DNA of 64,000 bases from Thermodesulfobacteriota bacterium (lineage in GTDB: Bacteria > Desulfobacterota_D > UBA1144): NCBI GenBank assembly GCA_036340075.1, contig JAYYZJ010000005.1, positions 1-64,000 of the forward strand, given 5' to 3'. The position numbers and the translations under genes are program-made. Under the pieces are notes generated by a model. It searched no databases, had not been told where the DNA came from, and saw only the letters and a program-made list of their open reading frames with translations. Numbering within the stretch: the stretch's first letter is position 1; the number at the start of each line of letters is the position of its first letter. Positions 9,913-21,214 of this stretch are shown here, one piece after another.

Positions 9913-11313
9913 ATGGAAGTTTTTGATGTAGTGATAATAGGCGGTGGTCCTGGAGGCTATGTTGCAGCAATTGAGGCAACAAGATTGGGTTTGAAAACTG
10001 CATTAATAGAAAAAGAATCTTTAGGAGGAACATGTTTAAATAGAGGATGTATACCATCAAAATCATTACTTAAGTCTGCCGAAATTGCAGATGAACTTTT
10101 AAACAAATCGAAGAAAAGGGGTTTTAACTTTGATAATTTATCATTTGATTATCAAAAGATTTTGCAAAATAGCAAAACAACAGTAAGAAGGCTTAAAAGT
10201 GGTTTAAACACTTTACTCTCAAATAAAGGAATAAATATTATTGAAGGCGAAGCTTCTTTTCAAGACTCAAGTACTTTGAAAATTAAATCCAAAGACTCTA
10301 AAAATGAAATAATTAAAGCCAAAAATATTATTGTCTCAACTGGCTCCACACCATTTTTTCCTAAAGAATTAGAGCCTGATGGTAAATTAATCATTGATAG
10401 CGACTATGTTCTAGAATCTGAAGAGCTACCAAAGAAAATATGTATAGTCGGTGGTGGATACATAGGTATTGAATTTGCATATTTTTACTCAAGTTTTAAC
10501 GTTGAAGTCTTATTAATAGAAAGCGAGGAAAATATTTTGCCTGCAATAGATTCCGAAATAAGTATCGAATTGAAGAAATCATATGAAAAAAGAGGTATAA
10601 AAATCTTCGAATCTTCTTTTGTAAAAGAAATTGTTAAAAATGATTCAACAGCAAGCATTATTTTATCAAACCCTGAGTCCACCATAACTATTGATAAAGT
10701 TGATAAAATATTAATTTCAACCGGAAGAATTCCAAATACTCAAAATCTTAATCTTGAATCTGCTGGTGTAAAAATAGATCAATTTGGTTTTATTAAAGTG
10801 GATGAAAACTTTAGAACAAACATAAATAATATATATGCAATAGGTGATGTCATAGGAGGATTAATGTTGGCCCATAAAGCTAGCGAAGAAGCTTTTTTAT
10901 TAATAAATAAAGTTATAGATAAAGGTGAAGATTTATCTCAAAAATCTTTAATTGTACCTGCATGTATTTACTGCCAACCAGAAATTTCATATGTAGGCAT
11001 TACAGAAGATTTGGCAAAAATTAAAAAGATACCTTACACATTAGCAAAATATCCATTTAGAGCAAATGGTAAGTCGCTAGCTTCGGATGAAACTTTAGGT
11101 TTCTGCAAGATTTTAATTGACAAAGAAGATAAAATTATAGGTGCTCATATCATAGGAAAAGGAGCAACTGAAATGATTGCGGAAATAACATTAGTTATGA
11201 CGAATAATCTTACTTTCAAAGCATTGTCAGATACTATTCATCCTCACCCTACTCTTTCAGAAATACTTTTTGAAACTTCTCATATACTAAACAAAACACC
11301 GAGGAATTTTTAA
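9913..11313 (+). CDS. lpdA: Dihydrolipoyl dehydrogenase
   Basis: GGGPGGY, redox-active GGTCLNRGCIP, GGGYIG and HPHPTLSE. Start moved from 9853 to the ATG at 9913 on family length. Confidence 0.95.
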   Translation: MEVFDVVIIGGGPGGYVAAIEATRLGLKTALIEKESLGGTCLNRGCIPSKSLLKSAEIADELLNKSKKRGFNFDNLSFDYQKILQNSKTTVRRLKSGLNTLLSNKGINIIEGEASFQDSSTLKIKSKDSKNEIIKAKNIIVSTGSTPFFPKELEPDGKLIIDSDYVLESEELPKKICIVGGGYIGIEFAYFYSSFNVEVLLIESEENILPAIDSEISIELKKSYEKRGIKIFESSFVKEIVKNDSTASIILSNPESTITIDKVDKILISTGRIPNTQNLNLESAGVKIDQFGFIKVDENFRTNINNIYAIGDVIGGLMLAHKASEEAFLLINKVIDKGEDLSQKSLIVPACIYCQPEISYVGITEDLAKIKKIPYTLAKYPFRANGKSLASDETLGFCKILIDKEDKIIGAHIIGKGATEMIAEITLVMTNNLTFKALSDTIHPHPTLSEILFETSHILNKTPRNF

Positions 11314-11314
11314 A

Positions 11315-12433
11315 ATGATAAACAAAAAAAGATTATTATCTACTTTTATAGATTTGGTTAAAATTGATAGTGAGTCACGTAACGAAAAGAATGTTGCTGA
11401 ATATATAAAAAAGAAACTAAAAAGGCTTAATATAAAATTCAAAATTGATAATTCTAAAAATAAAACTAAATCTAACCATGGGAACATTATTGCTCGGCTT
11501 GTATCTAATCCTAAACTACCTACGATAGTTTTGTCGTCTCATATGGATACCGTTGTACCTGGAAATGGTATAAAACCTATAGTTAAAAAGAATTTTGTAA
11601 TTAGTAGCGGTGACACTATTTTAGGTTCTGATGATAAAAGTGGTCTAGCAATAATTCTAGAAATCCTTGAGGTTTTTAGCACAGGAAAATTTAATCATCT
11701 AAATATAGAAGCAGCTATAACAACTTGTGAAGAAATAGGATTATTAGGAGCTAAATATCTAGACTATAAACTTTTAAAATCAAAGGAAGGTATTGTCCTC
11801 GATAGCACTAGTCCTGAAAGATTAGTAACAAAAGGTCCAGCTTCAGACTTATTCAATATTGAAGTTAATGGAATAGAAGCCCATTCTGGCGTCAATCCAG
11901 AATTAGGATTAAGTTCAATAAAAGTAGCATCTGAAATAATAAATAAAATACAAACTGGAAGAATAGGTAGAAATACGACTTTAAATATTGGAAAAATCAA
12001 TGGGGGATCTGCTATTAATATCATCCCTGGTAAAACAACAATCTCATGCGAGATTCGGGGTCATAGCGAAAAGAATATTTCCAGACAGTTAGACAAAATA
12101 CAAAAAATGTTAAAGAGGACTGAAAAAAAATATAAAAAACTTAATAAAAGGTTTTCAATCAAATTTAGAAAAGAGAGAATTTATGATTCTATTAACATAA
12201 ATAAAAATTCTTTGATTGTGAAAAGAATACTTAAATCCTGTAAAGAATCAGGCTATAAAATTAATATCGTAGAAACTGGTGGTGGAGCAGATGCAAATTT
12301 CTTTGTAAAAAATGGTGTGAATACAGTTAATCTAGGAACTGGAATGAGAGAGTTTCACACAAAAAATGAAAAATTAATTTTAAAAGAATTTTATCAATCT
12401 GCTGATATAGTATTCAAAAGCTTATTAGATTGA
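11315..12433 (+). CDS. M20 family peptidase T-like metallopeptidase
   Basis: SHMDTV, LGSDDKSG, EEIGLLG, AHSG, GGGADAN and FHT metal and catalytic motifs. Confidence 0.9.
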   Translation: MINKKRLLSTFIDLVKIDSESRNEKNVAEYIKKKLKRLNIKFKIDNSKNKTKSNHGNIIARLVSNPKLPTIVLSSHMDTVVPGNGIKPIVKKNFVISSGDTILGSDDKSGLAIILEILEVFSTGKFNHLNIEAAITTCEEIGLLGAKYLDYKLLKSKEGIVLDSTSPERLVTKGPASDLFNIEVNGIEAHSGVNPELGLSSIKVASEIINKIQTGRIGRNTTLNIGKINGGSAINIIPGKTTISCEIRGHSEKNISRQLDKIQKMLKRTEKKYKKLNKRFSIKFRKERIYDSININKNSLIVKRILKSCKESGYKINIVETGGGADANFFVKNGVNTVNLGTGMREFHTKNEKLILKEFYQSADIVFKSLLD

Positions 12434-13093
12434 ATCAATTAGGTTCTGATTTATTTCGATATAATTCGAAACCACTTTGTCAGCCTCACTAAGCCGTGAT
12501 TCTTCTACTGCATTAGTTATAGCTATTGTTTTCATTCCTGCTGACTTTGCAGCTAGCACACCCTTTGGAGTGTCCTCAATTACAACAACCTCTGCTGGTT
12601 GAATTTGTTCAGTTACATTTACGTCTTCTAACACTTTAATATAAGTTTCTGGATTAGGTTTGGGATAATTAGTTTCATCTGAGGAAATAATAACTTGAAA
12701 GATTTCCATAAGATTCTCTTTTTTTAATATTCTTAGAATCTCTTCTCTTCTTGCACCAGAACCTATACTTAGGATATATCTTTTAGATAAACTATTAATT
12801 AAGTCTAGAACTCCTGAATATATACCTGTTTCCGCTTCATGGTTTTTATCAAAGTATTCATGTTTCTCAGAAATTAATTTATCAATTAGGTCAGAGCTAA
12901 AATCAATATTCTCTTTTGCAAGCAAAGTAGTAAAGACTCCATTATCATCAAATGAGCAATAGTCTTTATAATAAACTTCTCTGGTTATATTCTTTTTTAA
13001 AGGTATAAGTGCATGATTGAAAGCCTTTAAGTGAAGTGATTCAGAATCATAAATAACTCCATCAAAATCAAAGATTACTAATTTTTTGGTCAT
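12425..13093 (-). CDS. HAD-superfamily phosphatase (beta-PGM/CbbY-like)
   Basis: FDFDGVIYDS, KPNPE and IEDTPKGV motifs. Confidence 0.88.
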   Translation of the reverse strand: MTKKLVIFDFDGVIYDSESLHLKAFNHALIPLKKNITREVYYKDYCSFDDNGVFTTLLAKENIDFSSDLIDKLISEKHEYFDKNHEAETGIYSGVLDLINSLSKRYILSIGSGARREEILRILKKENLMEIFQVIISSDETNYPKPNPETYIKVLEDVNVTEQIQPAEVVVIEDTPKGVLAAKSAGMKTIAITNAVEESRLSEADKVVSNYIEINQNLIDSI

Positions 13094-13184
13094 AAATATG
13101 AGTTAATCATATATCCATTATCTTCAGTAATCAAAATATTTAATAAACTTTTAATGATTATAAATTCATAATATACTAAAACTC

Positions 13185-14156
13185 ATGTTTACTAGAGGTA
13201 GAAGATTAAGAAAAAACAAAAATATGAGGGATTTGGTTGAGGAAACATCTATAAATATTAATGATCTTATCTTGCCATTGTTTATTCTCGAAGGAAAAAA
13301 CAAGGTAGAAGATATACCTTCAATGCCAGGTGTTCAGAGAAAAACTATTGATTATCTGCTTGTAGATATAAAAGAAGCTATAAGTTTAGGAATTAAAGCT
13401 GTGATACTTTTTCCTGTCATACCAGAAAAGAAAAAGAATAAGAAAGCAACGGAGGCGCTAAATAAAAAAGGTCTGCTTCCTACTTCTATAAAAAAAATAA
13501 AGAAGGCTTTTCCAGAATTAATTGTTATTTCTGATGTTGCATTGGATCCATACAACTCAGATGGGCATGACGGAATATTAGAGAAAGGTGAAATACTTAA
13601 TGATAAAACAGTTGAAATATTATGTAAGCAATCTCTAATTCATTGTGAAGCTGGTGTAGATATAGTTGCCCCGTCAGACATGATGGATGGACGAGTATTT
13701 GAAATTAGAAACAAGCTTAATTCAAAAGGATATGAATATGTTTCTATAATGTCATATGCTGCTAAATATTCATCTTCATTGTATGGACCTTTTCGAGATG
13801 CTTTGAATTCCGCTCCAAAAAAAGGTGACAAAAAAACATATCAAATTAATCCAGCTAATTTTAATGAATCTATAAAAGAAGTCTTAAACGATCAGAATGA
13901 AGGTGCAGACATGTTGATTATTAAACCAGCAAGCTTCTACCTGGATATTATCAGAGAAGCTAAGAATCTTTGCTTTTTGCCTATAGTCGCTTATCAAGTT
14001 AGTGGAGAATATTCAATGATTAGAACCACTGCAGATAAAGGATATCTAGATTTAAACGACGTTATGCATGAATCTCTTTTGTCGTTGAAAAGAGCTGGTG
14101 CTGATATGATTATCACCTATTTTGCCCTAGAGTATGCAAAATTAATAAGAAAATAA
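13185..14156 (+). CDS. hemB: Porphobilinogen synthase, aspartate-rich (Zn-independent) type
   Basis: APSDMMDGR, YGPFRDA, IKPA and AYQVSGEY. The metal loop reads DVALDPYNSDGHDG, without the three cysteines. Confidence 0.97.
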   Translation: MFTRGRRLRKNKNMRDLVEETSININDLILPLFILEGKNKVEDIPSMPGVQRKTIDYLLVDIKEAISLGIKAVILFPVIPEKKKNKKATEALNKKGLLPTSIKKIKKAFPELIVISDVALDPYNSDGHDGILEKGEILNDKTVEILCKQSLIHCEAGVDIVAPSDMMDGRVFEIRNKLNSKGYEYVSIMSYAAKYSSSLYGPFRDALNSAPKKGDKKTYQINPANFNESIKEVLNDQNEGADMLIIKPASFYLDIIREAKNLCFLPIVAYQVSGEYSMIRTTADKGYLDLNDVMHESLLSLKRAGADMIITYFALEYAKLIRK

Positions 14157-14165
14157 ATTAAAAAA

Positions 14166-14606
14166 CTAATTCTGAAGGTAATCTTTATAGTTAAGTATAA
14201 AAACCCCTGCAACAATTAGAATTGTTCCTACTATCTTTTCAGTAGTAAAATCTTCTTTTAAGAAAATAAAAGCATAAAAACACGTAAACAAAGGATAGAT
14301 TGCTGTTAAAGGTACAATTTTTGAAGCTGAAGATCCAGCAAGTGCATTAAAATAAAGGTATATGCCAACAACTGCTAAAATTCCAGGTATTAGAATCAAC
14401 ATTAAATTTCTAAAACTTAGCTGATCAACGCTAAATGCTTCATTAGAAGTAATAAATATTGGAACAAATAAAGATGTTACTAATACAAATCTTACAAAAA
14501 GAACAAAAAGTGGTGACATCGATTGCAAACTAAGTTTCTCGAAAATTGGAGCTAATCCCCAAATTGCTGCAACTAAAAGTGCTAATAAGTTTGGATTAAG
14601 ATTCAT
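14166..14606 (-). CDS. EamA/DMT family small transporter (single domain)
   Basis: About five TM helices. AIWGLAPIFEK, ASKIVPL..YP and FLKE motifs. Confidence 0.8.
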   Translation of the reverse strand: MNLNPNLLALLVAAIWGLAPIFEKLSLQSMSPLFVLFVRFVLVTSLFVPIFITSNEAFSVDQLSFRNLMLILIPGILAVVGIYLYFNALAGSSASKIVPLTAIYPLFTCFYAFIFLKEDFTTEKIVGTILIVAGVFILNYKDYLQN

Positions 14607-15303
14607 TGAGATGCTCCATTATATTTTCTAAAGAATTTATTTTTGTTGCTTCTATATTATTGATTGAATTATCGTCTCTTACAATTAATAAAGACTTCAT
14701 GCCTACCTCTAAACTTGCAAGATAATCCAGCTTGTAATTGTCTCCAACATGTATTGAATTCTCGGGTAATGACCCAACCTTTTCAAGAGATTTATAAAAT
14801 ATTCTCTTATCTGGCTTAGAAAAGCCTGATTCTGAAGATATTGTAAAGGAATCAATGTTTTCAGTAATTTTCAATTTCTCACAGACTTTATATATTCGAG
14901 AATCAAAATTTGAAGTAATTATTACTTTGTAACCCATTTTCTTTAATTTTTTTAATGCGGGTAAAGTATCTGGATATATCTCCCAAGCTTCGGAAGAAAA
15001 ATAATCATATAAATCATCAAAATATTGATCAAAATCTTTGAACATGCCTAAATCAAGAAATATATCCTTAACTAATACATACCACCAATTCTTTTCTGCA
15101 TTAAATAAATCTTCACCTTGTAATGAAGTAAAATGTAACCCTTTTTTTGATGAAAAATGTTTTTTAAAAGTAGTTGATATTTCTTCTGGATTGTATTGAT
15201 TTGTATAATTTTTGAGTATTTTTGAATAAGCCGCGCCTAATCCATCTTTTATAAAAAATAGAGTATCAGCTGCATCTAGTGATATAGTATTATATTTAAT
15301 CAT
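14596..15303 (-). CDS. HAD-IA family hydrolase (REG-2-like)
   Basis: LDAADTL, SNFD, KPDKRIF and HVGDN motifs. ATGA overlap with metH. Confidence 0.85.
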   Translation of the reverse strand: MIKYNTISLDAADTLFFIKDGLGAAYSKILKNYTNQYNPEEISTTFKKHFSSKKGLHFTSLQGEDLFNAEKNWWYVLVKDIFLDLGMFKDFDQYFDDLYDYFSSEAWEIYPDTLPALKKLKKMGYKVIITSNFDSRIYKVCEKLKITENIDSFTISSESGFSKPDKRIFYKSLEKVGSLPENSIHVGDNYKLDYLASLEVGMKSLLIVRDDNSINNIEATKINSLENIMEHLNES

Positions 15304-18300
15304 TCAACTAAATTACTTTGCAATAAGCTTTTTAATTTATCTCTTGAATATGTTTTATTTTCGCAATACAAGCTAAATTGCTCCTGATTTATCTTTCCTA
15401 GATTAAAATATTTAGATTCGGGATGAAAGAAATAAAGTCCACATATTGAAGACGGCGGGTTTATAGCAAAATTCTCAGTTAGAGAAACATTAATATTCTC
15501 CTCAACTTTTAGAAGATTCCATACCTTTAATTTTTCTGAATGATCAGGACATGAAGGATAACCATGCGCTGGCCTACTTCCCTTATACTTTTCTTTTATC
15601 AATTCATCTATACTTAAATTGCTATCATCGCCATTTTTCTCTCTTATCTTTTTATGTAAATACTCTGCACAACCTTCAGCAATCCTATCAGCAAGAGCTT
15701 TAATCAATATTGATCTATATTCGTCTCCTTTTTTATTAAAAGTCTCTGCATATTCATCAATCTCATAACCAGAGGAAACAACAAATGCGCCTAAAACATC
15801 TTTATGAGTTTTTTCTGGAGATATAAAATCAGATAGAGAATAATAATGCTCTCCTGTAGTTTCTTTCTTAACTTGTTGTCTCAAAAAATAGAACGTCTCT
15901 AATTTATTAAGAAAATTTTTATCGTAGATTTCAATACTTTCATCAATGCTAATCGCATTCCAAACTTGAGTTACTCCTTTTGGTTTAACAATATTTTCGC
16001 CAAGCATCGTTTTCAGCATAATTTGAGCATCATTAAACAAACTCTCAGCTTGTTCTCCATATTTGTTATTCTTAAAAATTCTGGGGTATACACCCTTAAG
16101 CCCCCAAACCCAAAAAAATGGTGACCAATCGAAATAATCAATAATTTCTTTTAAATTAAAATTCCATACGTTTAAACTAAAATCGTCTGTCTTGTTATTA
16201 ATTAATGAAAAATCCGGAACATACTTCTTATCTCTAGCCTCATTCATTGAAACAAATTTAATATCTTTATCTTTTTTGTATTTTTTAGCATAATCTTTTT
16301 GTTGTTTAACTAAGTCTTTTTTATATTCTTTAGATGTTTCTTTATTTAACAAATCCCTACAAACTCCTACTACTAAAGAAGCGTCTGCCACATGAGCTAC
16401 AACTTCCTTTTTATATTCAGGTGCAATTTTAATTGATGTATGAGCTTTACTAGTTGTAGCTCCTCCTATGAGGACGGGAACTTTTAAATTATTTTTATCA
16501 AATTCTTTTACATTTGATATCATCTCTTCTAATGAAGGGGTTATTAATCCACTCAATCCAATAATATCTGGTTTGAATTCTTTTGATTTTTCAATAATTT
16601 CACTGCACGGGACCATAACACCAAGATCCAATACTTCGTATCCATTACACCTTGCTACAACAGATACTATATTCTTTCCAATATCATGCACATCGCCTTT
16701 TACAGTAGCAATAAGAATTTTTCCCGCCGAAGTTGCGTTAGCTTTTTCTTTTTCCATAAAAGGCTCAAGATAATTAACAGCCTTTTTCATAACTCTTGCA
16801 CTTTTAACTACCTGAGGCAGAAACATTTTTCCTTCTCCAAAGAGTTCTCCAACTATTTTCATTCCATCCATCAATGGTCCTTCTATTACATCTAAAGGAG
16901 ATGGATACTTAATACGAGCTAATTCAGCATCCTCTTCTATTTTTGTCGAAATACCCTTGATTATTTGATGAGAAATTCTCTCTTCTAAATCATAATTTAA
17001 CCATTCATCTTGATTCTTTTTAACTTCATTTGAAGATGCAATATTATTTGCAGAATCAATTAATATATCCGTAGCATTTTCAGACCTGTCGAATATTACA
17101 TCTTCGACTTTCTTTAACAATTCTCTATCTATTTCTTCGTAAATCTCAAGCATTCCGGCATTAATGATTGCCATATCTAGACCATTATTTATTGCATGAT
17201 ATAAAAATGATGAATGCATTACTTCTCTAACCTTATTATTTCCACGGAAGGCAAAAGATAAATTACTTATCCCACCACTAGTTAACGAGCCGGGACACGA
17301 ATCTTTAATCTTTTTTATTGACTCTAAAAAATTAACTGCGTATTTTTTATGTTCGTCAATTCCTGTAGCTATTGTAAGAATATTTGAATCAAAAATAATA
17401 TCTTCTGGATTAAAACCAACTTTGCTTACTAAGATATCGTATGCTCTTTTGCAGATTTTTACTCTATCCTCTATTTCTGTAGCCTGTCCATCTTCATCAA
17501 AAGCCATAACAACAACAGAAGCACCATAATCTAAAATTTTCTTTGCTTGATCAATAAATACTTGCTCGCCTTCTTTAAGACTTATTGAATTCACAATCCC
17601 TCTTCCTTGAATACATTTTAGTCCTGCCTCTATAACAGACCATTTTGAGCTATCAATCATTATAGGAACTTTTGCAATATCCGGGTCTGAAGCTATTAAA
17701 TTCAAGAATTTAGTCATACATTCTTCACTATTTAACATTCCCTCATCAAAATTAACATCTATAATATGTGCTCCATTTTCAACCTGTTGTTTTGCGACTT
17801 CTAACGCTTCCTCGTAATTTTCTTCTTTTATTAGTCGTGCAAATTTAGGAGAACCAGTAACATTCGTTCTTTCTCCGACTATCAGAAATGTATTAGTATC
17901 ATCTTTAATTAAGTGTTCAAGCCCACTAAAAGATGATTGTCTTTCTAAAGGTATACTTTTCCTTGGTTCCTTACCTTTTATAACTTTATTAATTGATGCT
18001 ATATGTTCTGGAGTAGTTCCACAGCATCCACCAACAAGATTTAATATCTTAGAATCAAAAAATTTTTCCAATTCTTTAGCTGTCATATCAGGTGTTTGGT
18101 CATAACCTGTTTCTGACAATGGATTTGGAAGTCCAGCATTAGGATAGCAAAAAGTCTTGCAATCTGAAATTTTAGATAATGTATTTGCAAAATCATAAAG
18201 AGACTCCGCCCCTAAACCACAATTCATTCCTACAGCATATGGATTGGCATGCCTTATAGATTCCCAAAATGCATTAATTGTTTGTCCTGACAAAGTTCTT

Positions 18301-18977
18301 CCAGATTTGTCTGAAAAAGTAACAGACAAGAAAACTGGAAAAAACAAACTAGTTTCATCGAATAATCTCTTAAGTGCAAAAATAGCTGCCTTAAGATTTA
18401 AGGTATCAAATGTAGTTTCTGGTAAAAATATATCTACTCCTGCTTCTAGTAAATATTTTGATTGTTCATAATAACTTTCCGCTAACTCATCAAAGTTAAT
18501 GTTACGATTACCTGGATCTTCAACATCAGGAGAAATGGAAGCAGTACGGTTTGTAGGGCCCAATGCACCGGCAATTAAAATCCTTTTACCATTTAGATTG
18601 TCTGAACATTCGTCTATTGCTTTTTTAGCTGCTTCAACTCCTTTTTTATTAATTTCAGCAACTTTACTTTCTAGCTTATAGTCTGATTGTGCTATGCTGG
18701 TACCATTAAAGGTATTAGTTTCGATAATATCCGCTCCAGCAAGGATATATTCTTTATGTATTTTCTTGATAATATCATTATTTGTCACATTAAGGATGTC
18801 GTTATTTCCTTTTAAATCTATAGAGTGTTTTTCAAGAATTTTCCCTCTGTAATCGTTTTCTTCTAATTTATATCTTTGGATCATAGTACCCATTGGGCCA
18901 TCCATCAATATAATTCTTTTTGACGATTCATCATCTAAATATTTAAAGACTTCACTTTTATTTTGATTACCATTCAT
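15300..18977 (-). CDS. metH: Cobalamin-dependent methionine synthase
   Basis: 1225 aa with all domains: homocysteine-binding (GMNC, GGCCGT), pterin-binding (GERTNVTGS), B12-binding ([15 protein letters not shown]) and the activation domain ([12 protein letters not shown]). Confidence 0.98.
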   Translation of the reverse strand: MNGNQNKSEVFKYLDDESSKRIILMDGPMGTMIQRYKLEENDYRGKILEKHSIDLKGNNDILNVTNNDIIKKIHKEYILAGADIIETNTFNGTSIAQSDYKLESKVAEINKKGVEAAKKAIDECSDNLNGKRILIAGALGPTNRTASISPDVEDPGNRNINFDELAESYYEQSKYLLEAGVDIFLPETTFDTLNLKAAIFALKRLFDETSLFFPVFLSVTFSDKSGRTLSGQTINAFWESIRHANPYAVGMNCGLGAESLYDFANTLSKISDCKTFCYPNAGLPNPLSETGYDQTPDMTAKELEKFFDSKILNLVGGCCGTTPEHIASINKVIKGKEPRKSIPLERQSSFSGLEHLIKDDTNTFLIVGERTNVTGSPKFARLIKEENYEEALEVAKQQVENGAHIIDVNFDEGMLNSEECMTKFLNLIASDPDIAKVPIMIDSSKWSVIEAGLKCIQGRGIVNSISLKEGEQVFIDQAKKILDYGASVVVMAFDEDGQATEIEDRVKICKRAYDILVSKVGFNPEDIIFDSNILTIATGIDEHKKYAVNFLESIKKIKDSCPGSLTSGGISNLSFAFRGNNKVREVMHSSFLYHAINNGLDMAIINAGMLEIYEEIDRELLKKVEDVIFDRSENATDILIDSANNIASSNEVKKNQDEWLNYDLEERISHQIIKGISTKIEEDAELARIKYPSPLDVIEGPLMDGMKIVGELFGEGKMFLPQVVKSARVMKKAVNYLEPFMEKEKANATSAGKILIATVKGDVHDIGKNIVSVVARCNGYEVLDLGVMVPCSEIIEKSKEFKPDIIGLSGLITPSLEEMISNVKEFDKNNLKVPVLIGGATTSKAHTSIKIAPEYKKEVVAHVADASLVVGVCRDLLNKETSKEYKKDLVKQQKDYAKKYKKDKDIKFVSMNEARDKKYVPDFSLINNKTDDFSLNVWNFNLKEIIDYFDWSPFFWVWGLKGVYPRIFKNNKYGEQAESLFNDAQIMLKTMLGENIVKPKGVTQVWNAISIDESIEIYDKNFLNKLETFYFLRQQVKKETTGEHYYSLSDFISPEKTHKDVLGAFVVSSGYEIDEYAETFNKKGDEYRSILIKALADRIAEGCAEYLHKKIREKNGDDSNLSIDELIKEKYKGSRPAHGYPSCPDHSEKLKVWNLLKVEENINVSLTENFAINPPSSICGLYFFHPESKYFNLGKINQEQFSLYCENKTYSRDKLKSLLQSNLVE

Positions 18978-19773
18978 CTCTTAACTGCCTCAATAATTTA
19001 AATCTAACACTAATATCTTCATTAACGAATAAATCCTTATTCTTTAAATCATCTAAAAAAGAAAACTCATCGATTCTAAAAAATGGATTATGTTTTTTTT
19101 CAAAAGCTATATCTAAAACTGGTGACAAAAGATTCTCTTTGTAACCTTCCTTTAATTTAATTAGTTCATTACTGATTTTACTCTGTTTGGAAAATAAAGA
19201 TTCAATAAAGAGTATGTTGTTGTAAAGGTAATCATGTCCTACCAGAAGATTTAAATTATCAGGTAAATTTTTTAATTTGTGAAAAATAGTTCTAAACAAC
19301 ATAGTGACATCACCTCTAAATTTAGTATTACCTACTCCGCAATTGAATATTGTATCAGCACATAATAAATAATTATCAAACATTAGTGAAATATGTTCAG
19401 GGCAATGACCTGGTGTATGAAGAACCTTTATATTAAGTTTTCCTAATTTTATTAAATCGTTCTCAAAAATAGTGTCAAATTTAAATTCAAACAACTCCTT
19501 GCAAGAATCATGAGCTAATAATTTTAAATTATATTTATCCATAAAAAAAGAATTTTCTTTTATATGGTCAGGATGTGCATGTGTATTTATAATGTATCGG
19601 GGTTTCAATTTTTCTGTTTTAATAATATTTTCAACGATCTTTTTATCTAAGGGGTCGACAATAATACACTCATTACTTTCAATAGAAGATATGATATAAC
19701 CAATATTTCTATCACTTTCAGGGACTAAAAATCTATAAATAATACATGAATCACTATCAAGTTTTTCATACAT
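18967..19773 (-). CDS. gloB: Hydroxyacylglutathione hydrolase-like metallo-beta-lactamase-fold protein
   Basis: THAHPDH, HTPGH, ADTIF, GHDY, EKKHNPF and C-terminal LRQLRDEW. Confidence 0.75.
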   Translation of the reverse strand: MYEKLDSDSCIIYRFLVPESDRNIGYIISSIESNECIIVDPLDKKIVENIIKTEKLKPRYIINTHAHPDHIKENSFFMDKYNLKLLAHDSCKELFEFKFDTIFENDLIKLGKLNIKVLHTPGHCPEHISLMFDNYLLCADTIFNCGVGNTKFRGDVTMLFRTIFHKLKNLPDNLNLLVGHDYLYNNILFIESLFSKQSKISNELIKLKEGYKENLLSPVLDIAFEKKHNPFFRIDEFSFLDDLKNKDLFVNEDISVRFKLLRQLRDEW

Positions 19774-19779
19774 TTTTTT

Positions 19780-19785
19780 ATTATA
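19780..19785 (-). promoter_or_regulatory. Probable -10 box of a leaderless promoter for the gloB-metH operon
   Basis: Perfect TATAAT on the minus strand, followed by six A residues and then the ATG at 19773. Confidence 0.55.
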
Positions 19786-19807
19786 CCCTCATAAAAAAGA
19801 GGAATTA

Positions 19808-19835
19808 TTGTTTTTTTTGTTTTTAGCATTATAAT
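19808..19835 (+). promoter_or_regulatory. Probable sigma70 promoter for the thrC-like operon
   Basis: TTGTTT (19808-19813), a 16 nt spacer, then TATAAT (19830-19835). Confidence 0.45.
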
Positions 19836-19850
19836 AACTTCGTCGTCATT

Positions 19851-19949
19851 TAACTCTAATTGCAGCGACTTTAAATAATTGCTAAACGGAGAAAGGGTAT
19901 TTTCTTTACCTTTCCTCTTCGAGTTACAAATTTTGTATATGTGAGAGGA
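19851..19949 (+). ncRNA. Candidate structured cis-regulatory leader (unclassified)
   Basis: TAACTC (19851-56) pairs with GAGTTA (19921-26) and encloses two hairpins. TCCTCT (19913-18) is also complementary to the SD AGAGGA (19944-49). Confidence 0.4.
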
Positions 19950-19954
19950 TTCAT

Positions 19955-21214
19955 ATGTCTAATAGTTTTGTAGTTAATCTAAGTTGTGCATCAAAGGATT
20001 GCGATCAAGAGTTCGAAAAAAAGGACTTATATGTATGTGATTTTTGTTTCGGCCCTCTTGAGCCACGTTATGATTATGAAAAAATCAAAGAAGAATTATC
20101 AATTGAAAAAATTCAATCAAGAAAAAAAAATATGTGGAGATACAAAGAACTGCTCCCACTTGATGAAGAACCTACTGTGGGACCAAATGTAGGATACACA
20201 CCATTAATTAAAGCTGATAATTTAGCAAAAGAACTTGGTGTAAAAGATTTATATATTAAAAACGATGGTGTAAATCATCCGTCCTTATCTTTCAAGGATA
20301 GGGTCGTAGCAGTAGCTTTATCAAAAGCTAAAGAACTTGGTTTTAAAACTGTAGGCTGTGCATCAACAGGCAACTTAGCAAACTCTGTTTCTGCTCAAGC
20401 TGCTGCTGCAGGTTTGGAAAGCTTTATTTTTATACCTTCGGACTTAGAAGAATCTAAAGTTATAGGAACAAGTGTGTATGGATCAAATGTAGTTGCCGTA
20501 GAAGGGAATTATGATGAAGTAAATAGATTATGCACAGAAATATTAGGAGATAAAAAATGGGGCTTTGTTAACATTAATTTACGAACTTATTATTCAGAAG
20601 GTTCAAAAACAGTAGCATATGAAATTATAGAGCAATTAGGATGGGTTGCTCCAAAACATATTGTTGTTTGTATGGCAAGTGGTTCTTTACTAACTAAGAT
20701 ACATAAAGGAGTTAAAGAATTCGAAAAAATCGGTTTGATTAATCCAAATGAAACAATGATATATGGGGCACAAGCCTCAGGCTGTTCTCCTATCTCAACG
20801 GCGGTTAAAAATGATTGGGAAACGTTTAAGCCCGTAAAACCAAAAACTATAGCTAAATCTCTCGCTATAGGGAACCCTGCGGACGGCTTAAATGCGATTA
20901 ACTTGTTAAAGTCTACGGAATCATACTCAGAAGATGCAACAGATGAAGAAATTGTAGAAGCAATGATTCTACTAGCTGAAACAGAAGGTATTTTTACCGA
21001 AACAGCAGGAGGAGTTACTCTTGCTTGCGCTAAAAAGTTAATCGAAAGTGGAAGAATACCAAAAGATGAATCAATCGTTCTTGTTATTACAGGTAATGGT
21101 TTAAAAACTCAAGATCCACTAGTGAATAAAATTTCAAAACCTTTTATAATAGAACCAAACATAGATTCATTTAAAGAGAAAGTTAAAGAAGGAGAACAAA
21201 ATGGCAAAAGTTAA
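19955..21214 (+). CDS. thrC: Threonine synthase-family PLP enzyme (possibly an O-phosphohomoserine sulfhydrylase, MetM-like)
   Basis: SFKDR (PLP lysine), ASTGN, EGSKT, TEGIF and ITGNGLK. N-terminal cysteine knuckle. Overlaps a sulfur-carrier gene. Confidence 0.85.
   Translation: MSNSFVVNLSCASKDCDQEFEKKDLYVCDFCFGPLEPRYDYEKIKEELSIEKIQSRKKNMWRYKELLPLDEEPTVGPNVGYTPLIKADNLAKELGVKDLYIKNDGVNHPSLSFKDRVVAVALSKAKELGFKTVGCASTGNLANSVSAQAAAAGLESFIFIPSDLEESKVIGTSVYGSNVVAVEGNYDEVNRLCTEILGDKKWGFVNINLRTYYSEGSKTVAYEIIEQLGWVAPKHIVVCMASGSLLTKIHKGVKEFEKIGLINPNETMIYGAQASGCSPISTAVKNDWETFKPVKPKTIAKSLAIGNPADGLNAINLLKSTESYSEDATDEEIVEAMILLAETEGIFTETAGGVTLACAKKLIESGRIPKDESIVLVITGNGLKTQDPLVNKISKPFIIEPNIDSFKEKVKEGEQNGKS

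Noticed and set aside
18967..19773. MBL-fold gene as an ETHE1-like persulfide dioxygenase of the sulfur module
   Set aside because: It has the full THxHxDH motif and a GloB-like GHDY...NPF...LR C-terminus, and gloA is present at 61371, so glyoxalase II is the simpler call.
19842..19954. Leader as a canonical SAM-I or SAM-IV riboswitch
   Set aside because: CAGCGAC...TGCTAA loosely recalls the SAM-I P3 element, but the AUC-n-AGAG, kink-turn/pseudoknot and GCAACC core sequences are absent. I kept it only as an unclassified candidate.
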